Shown here piece by piece: positions 37,126-46,885 of a stretch of DNA of 64,000 nucleotides (its first letter is position 1; the number at the start of each line of letters is the position of its first letter). The position numbers and the translations under genes are program-made. The notes under the pieces are model-generated. The model was given only the letters and a program-made list of their open reading frames with translations, had not been told where the DNA came from and ran no database searches. Where the stretch lies: the IMG/VR virus record IMGVR_UViG_3300037501_000255; one strand, given 5' to 3'. This stretch comes from a virus. Lineage: Duplodnaviria > Caudoviricetes.

Positions 37126-38427
37126 CTATGCTCCTACTACAATACGATCTTTTAAAAACGGTGTCGGATCTATAGTTTTCGAGTCATACTTCATAATAAA
37201 ATGCAGATGCGGTCCGGTCACTTGTCCGGTTTGACCAGCAAGGCCGATAACCTGCCCCGGTTGAACTATGTCTCCAACAGATACAAGAATCTTGCTTAAA
37301 TGCAAATACATAGTCACCAGCCTATCATCCGGACCATGTGCGACTTTAACCATGTTCCCGCTCGCCTGATTGCCGGCACCGGCAAATATGACACGGCCTT
37401 TAGCAAAGGCCAAGATTTTAGTACCTTCTGCTGCCTCAAGATCCACTCCCTTGTGAAAGTGACCTGGTTTCTTGGTTATTGGATCCACACGTACCCCATA
37501 CGGAGATGTTATGCGTTGCCGCCCCGCTAGCGTTTCACCGGGCTGAAGAGGTCTCGGTCGATCTACTTCACTGGGACCGGGCTTATGAGAGTGCGGCACG
37601 GTCGGGGCCGAACCGCGAAAAATCTTGGCTAATTCTGAGTTTACATACTCAGCCAAATTAAACTCGGCCTTTTTGTACTTTTTAACAAGTGCTGGGGCGA
37701 GATACTGATTCATCAATGTTTTAGACTCATGTCCAACAGACTCTGATACGTTTTCGAGGGCCTTGTCAAAGTCCTTTGTTCGCTTAAGCTCATCACGCAT
37801 CAATCGATTTGCATGAAATCCACGCAGATCTTTAGCTGTAATATCAAAGTCAGCAAGGTATCTATTGACAACCTTGGCGCGAATGCGCTTGCCATCCTCA
37901 TACTCGAAGACAAAATCCTCGTTCGACTTACCCTTTAGAAGGTCTTTGAGTACCTTTGCAACAGCAGCGTCAGTGAATGAGAATTTTTGATCTACTTGCT
38001 TTTTACCTAGAAAACTAAATTTCACGGTATTGCCGCTTATTTTAACATGCTTCTTCTTAAGCGTAGTTGCACCAAATGTACCGAACTCATCCACGGAGTC
38101 GTCATTGCCAACGCGCATGGCGGTAAGGTCCAAAAGCGCTACTACGGCAGCAAGCGCGCGTACCTTCTCGTCATCAGACTTTAAATCTGAACGATATTTC
38201 TTTTGTAATTTTGGCAGACTCTTTTTTAGAGCATTTATATGCTCAACCTTCTTCTTCCATCTCTTCTTGACATGAGCATCATCGTATACCCGAACTTCGC
38301 CGGATTCGGTCTTAATTTTCTTGACGTAATTCTTCTCGTATTTGCGCTTGGCTAAGACATATAGCGATGAGGCGCCATATGCCTCAAGCGTCATTGCTCT
38401 ATTCTGCACTCTCCGGCTCAGTATCAT
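37126..38427 (-). CDS. DNA topoisomerase IB fused to a C-terminal M23 metallopeptidase
   Basis: The Topo IB pentad is intact: R (AMRVGN), K (FLGKK), R (KDLRGFHAN), H and Y (VGHESKTLMNQY). M23 motifs are HKGVD (HxxxD), YLHL and GPHLHF (HxH). Confidence 0.88.
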   Translation of the reverse strand: MILSRRVQNRAMTLEAYGASSLYVLAKRKYEKNYVKKIKTESGEVRVYDDAHVKKRWKKKVEHINALKKSLPKLQKKYRSDLKSDDEKVRALAAVVALLDLTAMRVGNDDSVDEFGTFGATTLKKKHVKISGNTVKFSFLGKKQVDQKFSFTDAAVAKVLKDLLKGKSNEDFVFEYEDGKRIRAKVVNRYLADFDITAKDLRGFHANRLMRDELKRTKDFDKALENVSESVGHESKTLMNQYLAPALVKKYKKAEFNLAEYVNSELAKIFRGSAPTVPHSHKPGPSEVDRPRPLQPGETLAGRQRITSPYGVRVDPITKKPGHFHKGVDLEAAEGTKILAFAKGRVIFAGAGNQASGNMVKVAHGPDDRLVTMYLHLSKILVSVGDIVQPGQVIGLAGQTGQVTGPHLHFIMKYDSKTIDPTPFLKDRIVVGA

Positions 38428-38722
38428 TACTCACCCTAATCGGCATAGCGCCCGCTATTTTGCCCAGCCTAAATAGTAACGAATCTATATCTTTACATGC
38501 TCTGTTATAGTTCAACCTCTCGGCAAGAGATATCTCGGTCGAGCTATATATACGCATTTTATTGATAGTTGCGCGCCAACGTACAAGAAGGGGGATGTGT
38601 TTGGCCGCCTGCTCAGCACTCCCCCTTCTCCCACCACAAATATCCCAAATATAATCTAGCGCACGACCAATGCCGTAATACGTGCTGAAAGATATATTCG
38701 TGACATCATGCGGCAGCTTCAT
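38399..38722 (-). CDS. Hypothetical protein
   Basis: Co-oriented ORF between the portal and Topo IB genes. Confidence 0.5.
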   Translation of the reverse strand: MKLPHDVTNISFSTYYGIGRALDYIWDICGGRRGSAEQAAKHIPLLVRWRATINKMRIYSSTEISLAERLNYNRACKDIDSLLFRLGKIAGAMPIRVSNDTEPESAE

Positions 38723-38725
38723 AAA

Positions 38726-40630
38726 TCACGGTGCTGGGCCGGGAGGCGTTGGCGCTCCCGGCATACCACCAGGCGGCTCCGCTGGTGTTGGTGGAGGCGG
38801 CATACCCATGCCTAAATCGCCGCCAGGCATTAGAGGTGGTAGTCCGCCCAATCCAAGGTCACCACCCGGCATCGGAGGTGGGACGCCCGGCAATCCACCC
38901 GGCATACCGCCTGCAAGACCACCAGCCGCACCCCCGGCTGGTTCAGGAATTGGCTCAGTTGGATTAAGACTCTTTAGCTGAGACAGGCTCATCTTAGATA
39001 GATTATCTTGTTCCTTGGCTATAATAGCGGCTTCAATCATCTCCTGCCTAATATTGGCAATTTCATTCTTGCGGCTCAAACCAAGGCTACGATCTAGCGT
39101 TCTAACAGAAACACGATTCTTTTCCACTAGTGTAGAGAGATGTGCGATATAATTATCGAGATCATATAGTGTCATATGATTCCATTCTACTTTGGGTACA
39201 ATCAAGCGCTTCTCTTGACCAACGATATCATAAAATCCTTGTACCTCAGAAATCGGAGCAAAAACCTTCCTCTCTAGCCAATTAGCTATCATAGTCCTAA
39301 ATCCGTTGTAGCGCTGCCTCATGACATCCAGGGCAACGGATGCTGTAGCATACGACGCGCCCTCCTGTGTAAGCAGGGATTTTGGAACCATAAGGCCTGT
39401 AAAGAGGTTATCCATAATCTGATTGATATCTGCGGCAGTATCCAGTATGTGCCCAGAAGCCCCGACTCGGTCAATCGTCACAGCACCGTGTGTGATGATT
39501 TTGAAATCTCTGTCAAATTGCGCCTGCTCCATAATAGCGCGCCAATTATCCAATTCTTCCTGCCGAGGATAGAATCCCTCAGCGCCATCCGTACCGATCT
39601 TAACAAGAGTGATCGGATTAACCATGCTATCTGCCTGAATATACTTACATTCCCTATACTTATCATATAACATTAGGTCTTTCCAGACACTAACTATAAT
39701 AGAGGTGCCACGAACATCATATGGTGAATTTAACATCTTCAAATGACTGATGTTGAAGTTATCCAGCGGAATCATTTCATTTCTAATCACATGATTGATG
39801 ATTTTCGGATCTATTTGATCACGTATGCGCGCATACTCGGGATCCGCATCTGATACAATCTTTTTCAGTTCCGGGTCGGGTCTTAATAAAATAGTAGTGT
39901 TCTTGGGGGAGGTCGGTGACGCTCTGACTGTGATAAAGTCTGGATTGTGCAAATATAACTGATCCCACGAGCCAGTAGACTCATCAAAGGAAGCGTATAC
40001 AAATGCTTCGCCCAACTTCCAGAACTCCAGCGCCGCCTGCTGAACAACGGTCTCGAGGTCAATTTTATCACACATATCCAAAAAGAATCTCTCTACGCGC
40101 TTATCATCGCACCGTATAGATAGCTTGGATATTGGGTATGTAGCATGCAGATTAATTGCATTTCTCACCAGAGGATTTGTCTCGTAATAAGCTCTATTCC
40201 ACGCATTCATTGTGATACGATCGCGGGGAAGCTGCATGTTTTGAGTGAGGAATAGGGGAGAGAATGGCTCTGGACCCACATGCGTGGAGTTTGACACTCC
40301 GCCTATGCGTCCTCCAGAATTCATATTTGTCGATGCAGTCTTATGAAGACCGGAGGCGAGCGCCAAGTTTGGTCTCGGATGCTCTTCTGCGCGAGCATTT
40401 ACCTCCTGTAGATACTCTCGGCGCTCAAGGCTAAGATGCCCAAGGGCGGCGGCTGACTGAGCCTGCCTGTGTAATGTTGTCCGTGAAACATTTTCTACAG
40501 GCAAACCACGCTGCTGCTGGGCTTGACGATAATACATTTGATCTATAACGCTGGTGCGAGGCTCGGCGTCCCCCCAACGTTTAGCCTGCTCTTCAGCTCT
40601 CTTTATAACACTTGGTTCATGCTTTTTCAT
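38726..40630 (-). CDS. Portal protein
   Basis: YYETNPLVRNAINLH...GEAFVY...LHNPD...HLK...PYDVRGTSII...TGLMVPKSLL is a portal-type sequence directly downstream of terL. It has a Pro/Gly-rich C-tail. Confidence 0.82.
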   Translation of the reverse strand: MKKHEPSVIKRAEEQAKRWGDAEPRTSVIDQMYYRQAQQQRGLPVENVSRTTLHRQAQSAAALGHLSLERREYLQEVNARAEEHPRPNLALASGLHKTASTNMNSGGRIGGVSNSTHVGPEPFSPLFLTQNMQLPRDRITMNAWNRAYYETNPLVRNAINLHATYPISKLSIRCDDKRVERFFLDMCDKIDLETVVQQAALEFWKLGEAFVYASFDESTGSWDQLYLHNPDFITVRASPTSPKNTTILLRPDPELKKIVSDADPEYARIRDQIDPKIINHVIRNEMIPLDNFNISHLKMLNSPYDVRGTSIIVSVWKDLMLYDKYRECKYIQADSMVNPITLVKIGTDGAEGFYPRQEELDNWRAIMEQAQFDRDFKIITHGAVTIDRVGASGHILDTAADINQIMDNLFTGLMVPKSLLTQEGASYATASVALDVMRQRYNGFRTMIANWLERKVFAPISEVQGFYDIVGQEKRLIVPKVEWNHMTLYDLDNYIAHLSTLVEKNRVSVRTLDRSLGLSRKNEIANIRQEMIEAAIIAKEQDNLSKMSLSQLKSLNPTEPIPEPAGGAAGGLAGGMPGGLPGVPPPMPGGDLGLGGLPPLMPGGDLGMGMPPPPTPAEPPGGMPGAPTPPGPAP

Positions 40631-40643
40631 AATTCTTTACACC

Positions 40644-43556
40644 TTATATTCTCGGCAAATATGCCAACATCGGCACTGGCAAACCGGGACCTTTAGCCTT
40701 GACCTCGCTGCCCTTGAAGCCGCTCGTCGCCAAGAACTTGTATGCAATCAGAGCATATATTGTTGCCATGAGCCCGTCGTTTTGGATAGCACCCTTGACA
40801 TATCTGTTATATACATTATCATTCTTCACGATCTTCTTAACTTCCATCGAGGTAAAATGCTGCATCAACCACTCGATCCTATCGTATGACTCGCCATGTA
40901 CAGGGAAGCGGATTTTGCCATTTCTAACCATAGAGAATATCTCTTCTATCATGGCATCCTTATTTAAAACAACTCGTAATTCTTTTGGCTTATATGATAT
41001 AGTGCTATTCAAGGTGCCGCTGTTTATACATCCTAGAAATCGCTCACCAAAGCCCATCGAGCCCTGCATGTGTTGCACTATGTCTTGGCCGTATCCGATA
41101 TCTGCAGCAGCAACCTGAACCTTGAATAGTCGATACATTTCAGATATGATATTGACCTTGTATTCAAAATCATTGCGCTTTAATCTATAAGCATTTTCTA
41201 TTGTAAATATTCCATTTTTGTCCACACTAACAATTACCACGGCTGTATATGACTGCCCGGCATCAACTCTTCCTCCGCCAGAGTCCTCTTCATCCTCATC
41301 GCCAGCACCGACTAGGTCCTTCCCTCCCCAGTCTATGCCCATCACGACGGTTTTGTCTCCGCGATCAATAATAGTTTTTGCTAATCCACGAGTTCCGTCG
41401 CAGCAGTTTGCGCGAATATCATCTAGCGATATCGTCATGCCGCCACCACTATAGAACTCTCCCAATGTTTCATTTTTCCAGGCCTTCTCACTGCGTTCGC
41501 GATTTACAGACGGATCTAGGTCCAAAATGCTCTCTTTAGTAAACCAAGGATGTAGTAAAACACTTACGTGATAGCCCACATACTGCGTCTCGCCAAGCTT
41601 AGTAGGCATCCAGCGCCCACCCTCGATCGCATCAGCCTTTTTCTGCAACGTACCGCATTCGGGGCAGCGAACATCATGCCCGGATACCCAAATCTTCTTC
41701 CAGGAGTCGCTACCCATAGTGTATAGGAAAAAATAATGGGAGCAGCCAGTACACCGTAGCTGATAAAATCTCTGATCAGATTTTTGCCATAGGTTATAGA
41801 AGTGGGATCCTGTTCCTTTCGGCGTTCCAAAATATACCTGTATACCTTTGGTGGGCCTGCCATACTGTGCAGATGTTAAGATGGGACCCGCCGTCTCGAT
41901 AGCATCCTTTGACATATCCTGGCAATTGTGTGCAATCGGGCCACCGACATTTTTGCTGGTCCGGCTTGGGCAAAGTATGAAGTTATGGTTATCAGCTACG
42001 CCAATATCGTAAACGGCGTCTTCGCCAGCATCATACTGTAATTTGTCAACACATGTGAAAGCGTGCGAAGGACTACTGTTTGACCATGCATACCTATCTG
42101 CCGCCCAGCTGCGATAAAAAGATAGCTTATATTCCATATTATGATGCACATATGGCTGTATTATCTCACAAAGTTTTGAATAATTGGATGAATCCAGATA
42201 TAATGAAAAGTATGAGTAGTACTTTCTATATTCCGCGTTAATTCCAAACCTGGACAGCATCGCAACTAATCGAACCTGCGTATCCTCATCAAATGAGCAC
42301 GTTGAGATGCACGCACATCCCTTATTTACGAAGCCATCATCCATAAACCAGACAGCAAGAGCGCGAGCGTCAGCAGCATCCAACATCCACTGCGGACACG
42401 TACTCTTTGTGCGAGGAATGTATCCTGGTAATACAAAGCACTTTGATGAAAAACGTACTGCTGGCTTCTGAACATAACCATTTTTCTCAATATATGCAAC
42501 GCTACTATTAAACATCGACGCTTTCCATTCTGCGTATTCGCGCTGCTGTATGCCATGTGTTACAGAAAGGCGAAAGCGCCCACTCTTGGGACTCGAGATA
42601 TGGCCATCTCCGAGGAATGAACCAATTGCTATCTGCAGCTGGTCAGAATTCAAAGCGCGCACGCAGAGGTCTGTCCCAGGCGAAGTCATCAGGGCATCAC
42701 CGATACACAGGGACGATGCATCTACCCAGCCACGCTGAGTTAAAAATCTATGATTCGGCGTGCATTTGATCTCTCGATTTCCACAAGTAATTTGCATTAA
42801 TTTTCGGATTCCGCGATTCCAGGCACCATTAATTTGCTTGAACTCAAAAGTACAAGTTGACTCATTATAGCTCTTTACAAGCGGAAGCGGCTCACCGTTC
42901 GCCCACATATCATACAGCTTGCCTATTTTCTCTTTGCCAGAATCAGTCTCTATGTTCTGATCGTAGGGGAAACACTCGTCAAAGAAAATAGCGTCCTGCG
43001 AGAGACCGCGGATTCGGTCGCCATCCGCTCCGGTACCCTCTATACGAAGCTTATTGTATCCCTTAAATGTCTTTTCAGCTATAGCATCCTCCGTTCCTGC
43101 GACTTTAATAGCATTTGCGTCATTTTTTAACATTCTGCTATTTATATAGCCATTCTGCGAGCCTGCTACCATAGGGCCCAATTTATCTTTGGCGTACTTC
43201 GACATTAATCCTAGTGTTGGAAATACATGCAGAACCCTCATCGGAGGTTTGTCTGGTCCAGTGCCAAAGAGCCCTGAGGCTGTGAAGTACAATGATAATA
43301 CAGCCGCAAGAACAGTGGCGCCTATTTGGCGCCCCTTCAAAATCACCATCGGTTTAGCGGTCTTATTAGCCGCCTGAGCTGCCACTTCGCGATACAGGTC
43401 GGCCATAAACTTCCAACCAGTGCCACTCATGCGGAATGGTTTTCCGTCTACAGTCAGATGATTTTCTGCAAATGAAACAGGATCAAGAAGAGATATCTCA
43501 TTCTTGATCTGATTGAAAAGTTTTAGCGTTACTTCTTTGTTGGCTACTACCGTCAT
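40644..43556 (-). CDS. terL: Large terminase subunit with LAGLIDADG intein (620 aa after splicing)
   Basis: KGRQIGAT (Walker A), AIFFDE (Walker B), FGTP coupling motif and nuclease motif VMGIDWG. Confidence 0.92.
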   Translation of the reverse strand: MTVVANKEVTLKLFNQIKNEISLLDPVSFAENHLTVDGKPFRMSGTGWKFMADLYREVAAQAANKTAKPMVILKGRQIGATVLAAVLSLYFTASGLFGTGPDKPPMRVLHVFPTLGLMSKYAKDKLGPMVAGSQNGYINSRMLKNDANAIKVAGTEDAIAEKTFKGYNKLRIEGTGADGDRIRGLSQDAIFFDECFPYDQNIETDSGKEKIGKLYDMWANGEPLPLVKSYNESTCTFEFKQINGAWNRGIRKLMQITCGNREIKCTPNHRFLTQRGWVDASSLCIGDALMTSPGTDLCVRALNSDQLQIAIGSFLGDGHISSPKSGRFRLSVTHGIQQREYAEWKASMFNSSVAYIEKNGYVQKPAVRFSSKCFVLPGYIPRTKSTCPQWMLDAADARALAVWFMDDGFVNKGCACISTCSFDEDTQVRLVAMLSRFGINAEYRKYYSYFSLYLDSSNYSKLCEIIQPYVHHNMEYKLSFYRSWAADRYAWSNSSPSHAFTCVDKLQYDAGEDAVYDIGVADNHNFILCPSRTSKNVGGPIAHNCQDMSKDAIETAGPILTSAQYGRPTKGIQVYFGTPKGTGSHFYNLWQKSDQRFYQLRCTGCSHYFFLYTMGSDSWKKIWVSGHDVRCPECGTLQKKADAIEGGRWMPTKLGETQYVGYHVSVLLHPWFTKESILDLDPSVNRERSEKAWKNETLGEFYSGGGMTISLDDIRANCCDGTRGLAKTIIDRGDKTVVMGIDWGGKDLVGAGDEDEEDSGGGRVDAGQSYTAVVIVSVDKNGIFTIENAYRLKRNDFEYKVNIISEMYRLFKVQVAAADIGYGQDIVQHMQGSMGFGERFLGCINSGTLNSTISYKPKELRVVLNKDAMIEEIFSMVRNGKIRFPVHGESYDRIEWLMQHFTSMEVKKIVKNDNVYNRYVKGAIQNDGLMATIYALIAYKFLATSGFKGSEVKAKGPGLPVPMLAYLPRI
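41925..42974 (-). mobile_element. Intein (350 aa) inserted after the terminase Walker B Glu
   Basis: Begins CFPYDQNI and has block B CTPNH, LAGLIDADG motifs IAIGSFLGDG and LAVWFMDDG, block F VYDIGVADNHNF, and ends AHN followed by +1 Cys (DE|CQDM). Confidence 0.95.
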
Positions 43557-43564
43557 ATATTCTC

Positions 43565-44206
43565 CTAGCGAGACGTGACGCCAGGAGAACCGCCCATACC
43601 AATATTTGCACGCTCACCTTGCCCAGTCATCTGCTGATCAGCAGCGGGCATAGTTACGGCGCCGCCTGACGGCAAAGCTGTCATCGGATCGTCTTTCGGA
43701 TATTGTTCAACGATATGCCGCAGCACATCGCGCACTTTCTCTCGCCCAAATGTCTCAATGATTTTCATACCATCTGGCTGGGACTTAAACTCCTCAATCA
43801 TGGTTTCAACGGAGGATAGACCGTGGTCCCTCTCGAGAAAATACTTCTTGCTGAATTCTTCTAACCTGGCAACGAGGCTGCTCTCATCCGGCACGCTCCC
43901 ATCATAAGAGGTATACTTTGCTTTACGGCTCAGCACAATCGGCTCGTCCTTGGCCCGCTTGCGCAGTACTCCATCTAGTCCGACGCGAGAGTGCAGCTCG
44001 GAAACCATACTTTCTACAGTATGCTTCCTGCCAGTAGTCTTGTTGATAGTTGGATCTTCTACTGCCATGATAGATAGGAAGTTATCAAAAACCTCGGACT
44101 TATCAGAGTCGCGCAGTTTTTGAAAATATTCCTGACGTGTAGCAGCAGCAGCAAAATGTTCTAGTACTTTAACTGCTTTAAGAAGATCATCGCTCATTAT
44201 ATTCAC
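43565..44206 (-). CDS. Hypothetical protein
   Basis: Co-oriented 213-aa ORF just upstream of terL. Confidence 0.65.
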   Translation of the reverse strand: MNIMSDDLLKAVKVLEHFAAAATRQEYFQKLRDSDKSEVFDNFLSIMAVEDPTINKTTGRKHTVESMVSELHSRVGLDGVLRKRAKDEPIVLSRKAKYTSYDGSVPDESSLVARLEEFSKKYFLERDHGLSSVETMIEEFKSQPDGMKIIETFGREKVRDVLRHIVEQYPKDDPMTALPSGGAVTMPAADQQMTGQGERANIGMGGSPGVTSR

Positions 44207-45151
44207 CTATGCATGATAAGTAGTTCCGAAATCGACCCCATCCGAGGATGTGGGATCCTGGTCTTCCCCTAGCCGCCCAAGATCTTTAAACATTGGGAAT
44301 CCCTTCTGTAATAGCAGTTCCTGAATGCTCAACTCTTCGCGCGGCGTAAAGCGATACTTATCCTTAAGACTGGCATATACCTTTTCAATGTCGCGCCCGG
44401 CAGATACATGTGAATTTAACAGTAATCTAGTTATAGCATGCAGGAATGGATCTTCGAATAAGAAAATCTTTGCGCTCCCGGCCTCTTTGACTAGCTGGTC
44501 GCTCGTCTGCTCGCCCAAGGCGAAAATCTGTACCTGCTCATCTGTCGGTTCAGCCAGCGTAACAGGGAGGAGTTCCTCTCCTTCACCGTCATCTACAGCA
44601 ATGTAGTATTTAATATCCAAGCCATCATTGATCCTAGCGACGACCTGATTGCCGACCTTGACCGACGACTTCTTCTTCATCTTTTTCTTAGATGATAACT
44701 TATCATACGCATCTTCTAGTTTGGATACGAATTCCATAATTGTATCGCGTATCTTCTCTGCTTCCTCCTCGTCGATGACATTATCATCATCGCTCTGGAT
44801 GGCGCGTGAAATTTCACGATCAAGGCGCTTTAGGTAGGCAATTGCACGCTCGCAGCCAACAGTTGTCTGCCCAGTGTGGCGAGGGATGGTATCGAGGCGC
44901 TTGCGAACGTAGTCGAGAAATTTGCTGTGATCGCCGTCGTTAACCCAGTCCCGCTCGCGCGAATTCTCAACAACCTCACTTGCCTCCTCCTCGTCTGGGA
45001 TTACGACTACCACATCAGCGCCAGGAACGATATCTTCCAGCACTTCAACGGCCTCATCCAAAAGACCATCAGGTTCAAAAATTTCAAAAGTGTCATTATC
45101 TAATGCTGGCATATTATTGTCCTCCGCGCTTCTTTTCCAAAAGTGTTTCAA
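44207..45151 (-). CDS. Hypothetical acidic protein
   Basis: 314-aa ORF containing KRSA and VKEA motifs. Confidence 0.65.
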   Translation of the reverse strand: MKHFWKRSAEDNNMPALDNDTFEIFEPDGLLDEAVEVLEDIVPGADVVVVIPDEEEASEVVENSRERDWVNDGDHSKFLDYVRKRLDTIPRHTGQTTVGCERAIAYLKRLDREISRAIQSDDDNVIDEEEAEKIRDTIMEFVSKLEDAYDKLSSKKKMKKKSSVKVGNQVVARINDGLDIKYYIAVDDGEGEELLPVTLAEPTDEQVQIFALGEQTSDQLVKEAGSAKIFLFEDPFLHAITRLLLNSHVSAGRDIEKVYASLKDKYRFTPREELSIQELLLQKGFPMFKDLGRLGEDQDPTSSDGVDFGTTYHA

Positions 45152-45650
45152 ATAACTCAGTATCCATAGCTGCCTCTTTGATAATCTCTACATCCGATTC
45201 TTCTATGCTGGCATACATAGTTAATATGCTTGTAAATAGCTGCTGTGCTTCCATATTTTCCCAATATGAATTAAGAGGATATGCAACAAGGCCAGAAACA
45301 CCGCCGCCAGCATTGTTTGCTAATCCATTGAAAACACGCGGGTAATATGGACTAGCTCGCATAGGAGAGTCCCGCAATCCTTCACCGCCGTCTCTGAAAT
45401 CGCAATGCACAATAGGGGCTCCATCAACAATTTTATCAGCATACGGGCAGCGCTCTCCCGTTTTATGATGAAGGTATACCTTTTTATTAGCATTGGCAAA
45501 GTGCTCCCGATTCTCTTTGTCTACGTATTCTAGTGGAGCCATGCGATTAACACTATCACCTGCATTAAGGCAAGCATCGGATATTGGTAGCCCAAACGGG
45601 CATTCGCTATGCCCACTCTGCCGTATTACAGCCAATTTACGAAGAGTCAT
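45114..45650 (-). CDS. Hypothetical Cys-containing protein
   Basis: Contains CPFG..C, CPY and HCDF; possible metal binding. Confidence 0.55.
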   Translation of the reverse strand: MTLRKLAVIRQSGHSECPFGLPISDACLNAGDSVNRMAPLEYVDKENREHFANANKKVYLHHKTGERCPYADKIVDGAPIVHCDFRDGGEGLRDSPMRASPYYPRVFNGLANNAGGGVSGLVAYPLNSYWENMEAQQLFTSILTMYASIEESDVEIIKEAAMDTELFETLLEKKRGGQ

Positions 45651-46129
45651 TTACCCTCCCCGTTTCCGCAGGCGACTTCTCGGATATATTTTATAAAATC
45701 AACTACCGCAGGCTCCGGCTTGCCGTCTAGAAGCTTAGTCCAATATTCAACATTGGATTTAGATCCGCAGTACGAATCTATGGGCGCAACATAGTTGGCG
45801 CTTTTCCTCTTCTTTTTCTTGCGTTCGACACCCCTCTTCTTGCGAATAAAATCTACGATCGTCCGTATCTTGCCGCTTCGATAATCATCCAAAACCTTAG
45901 GCCATAGCTCTCCGTAGTCATAATTTTTTCTTAATGGCTGAGGAACTTTAGATACGGCAGTATACATTAGAGTTTGTGACGCCATATTGGCGACAATCTC
46001 ATGCTCGGGGCGAGTGCTTAATTCAAGCACCTCATTACCTAGAGCGCACACCTCTGGTAGGTCCAGTGTCTGACCCATGCTGCGCAGAAGTGTCGCGAAT
46101 TTGATTAAAGATGGAACTAAGGTGTTCAT
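45647..46129 (-). CDS. Hypothetical protein
   Basis: Coupled to both neighbours by 4-nt overlaps. Confidence 0.6.
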   Translation of the reverse strand: MNTLVPSLIKFATLLRSMGQTLDLPEVCALGNEVLELSTRPEHEIVANMASQTLMYTAVSKVPQPLRKNYDYGELWPKVLDDYRSGKIRTIVDFIRKKRGVERKKKKRKSANYVAPIDSYCGSKSNVEYWTKLLDGKPEPAVVDFIKYIREVACGNGEGK

Positions 46130-46878
46130 ATGATATCGACAAGGCGCCGCTCACGAATGAGCTGCTCAGTCATCTCCTTTGTTAGTTTGATTCTTTGCAA
46201 AACACCAAATTCAATTAGATCATTCAAGATATTTGGATCATATTTTATTGCAGCTGAAAGCTTATCAGAGGCGTACTTTGGCTTAATCTTCTCTATTAGT
46301 TGCAAATTTGAGCGTATTGCCTGCTTAAGCTCTTCATCAATAGCCATACCGTACTTAGCTGCATAGTAAAATGCTCTAATAATGCGATTTGGCGAGGCTG
46401 TCATTGCAATTACAGGATCTACAGGGCAACGTATAATGCGATGCTCAATATCATACTTACCCATAGACGTAATATCTAATATTTTTGAAAAATCTAGCGG
46501 CACCAATAAGGTATTAATGGTAAAGTCGCGAGAGTACGTTTCTCTCACCATATTGGTAGCTACAGTCAGCCCCCTAGCAATGAGTAGCTGATCTATGTTA
46601 TCATAAATTTGATTTGTAGAGAAATCTATCGAGAATCGCCCGTGTCGTATTTTCTTATGGCCATCAGCTAACACAGTAGGCGTCGTACCAAGCCGCGCAC
46701 CTACTAAATCAGCTAGATTTGAAATGCTGCTTTCACCATTTGTAAGGTCTATATCGTTCAGTCCATCGAGCAGCCCCATAAATATATCACGCGGAATGCC
46801 GCCAACGAGATATGGCACACGGATGCCATTACTCTCAGCAGTCTCAGTGATTATGTTCAAAATCTCTTTTAGATCCAT
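46126..46878 (-). CDS. Class II (CCA-adding/poly(A) polymerase family) nucleotidyltransferase, head domain only
   Basis: YLVGGIPRD...DIDLT (motif A), SRDFTIN (motif B) and PNRIIRA (divergent motif D). Confidence 0.85.
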   Translation of the reverse strand: MDLKEILNIITETAESNGIRVPYLVGGIPRDIFMGLLDGLNDIDLTNGESSISNLADLVGARLGTTPTVLADGHKKIRHGRFSIDFSTNQIYDNIDQLLIARGLTVATNMVRETYSRDFTINTLLVPLDFSKILDITSMGKYDIEHRIIRCPVDPVIAMTASPNRIIRAFYYAAKYGMAIDEELKQAIRSNLQLIEKIKPKYASDKLSAAIKYDPNILNDLIEFGVLQRIKLTKEMTEQLIRERRLVDII

Positions 46879-46885
46879 TATCTAC

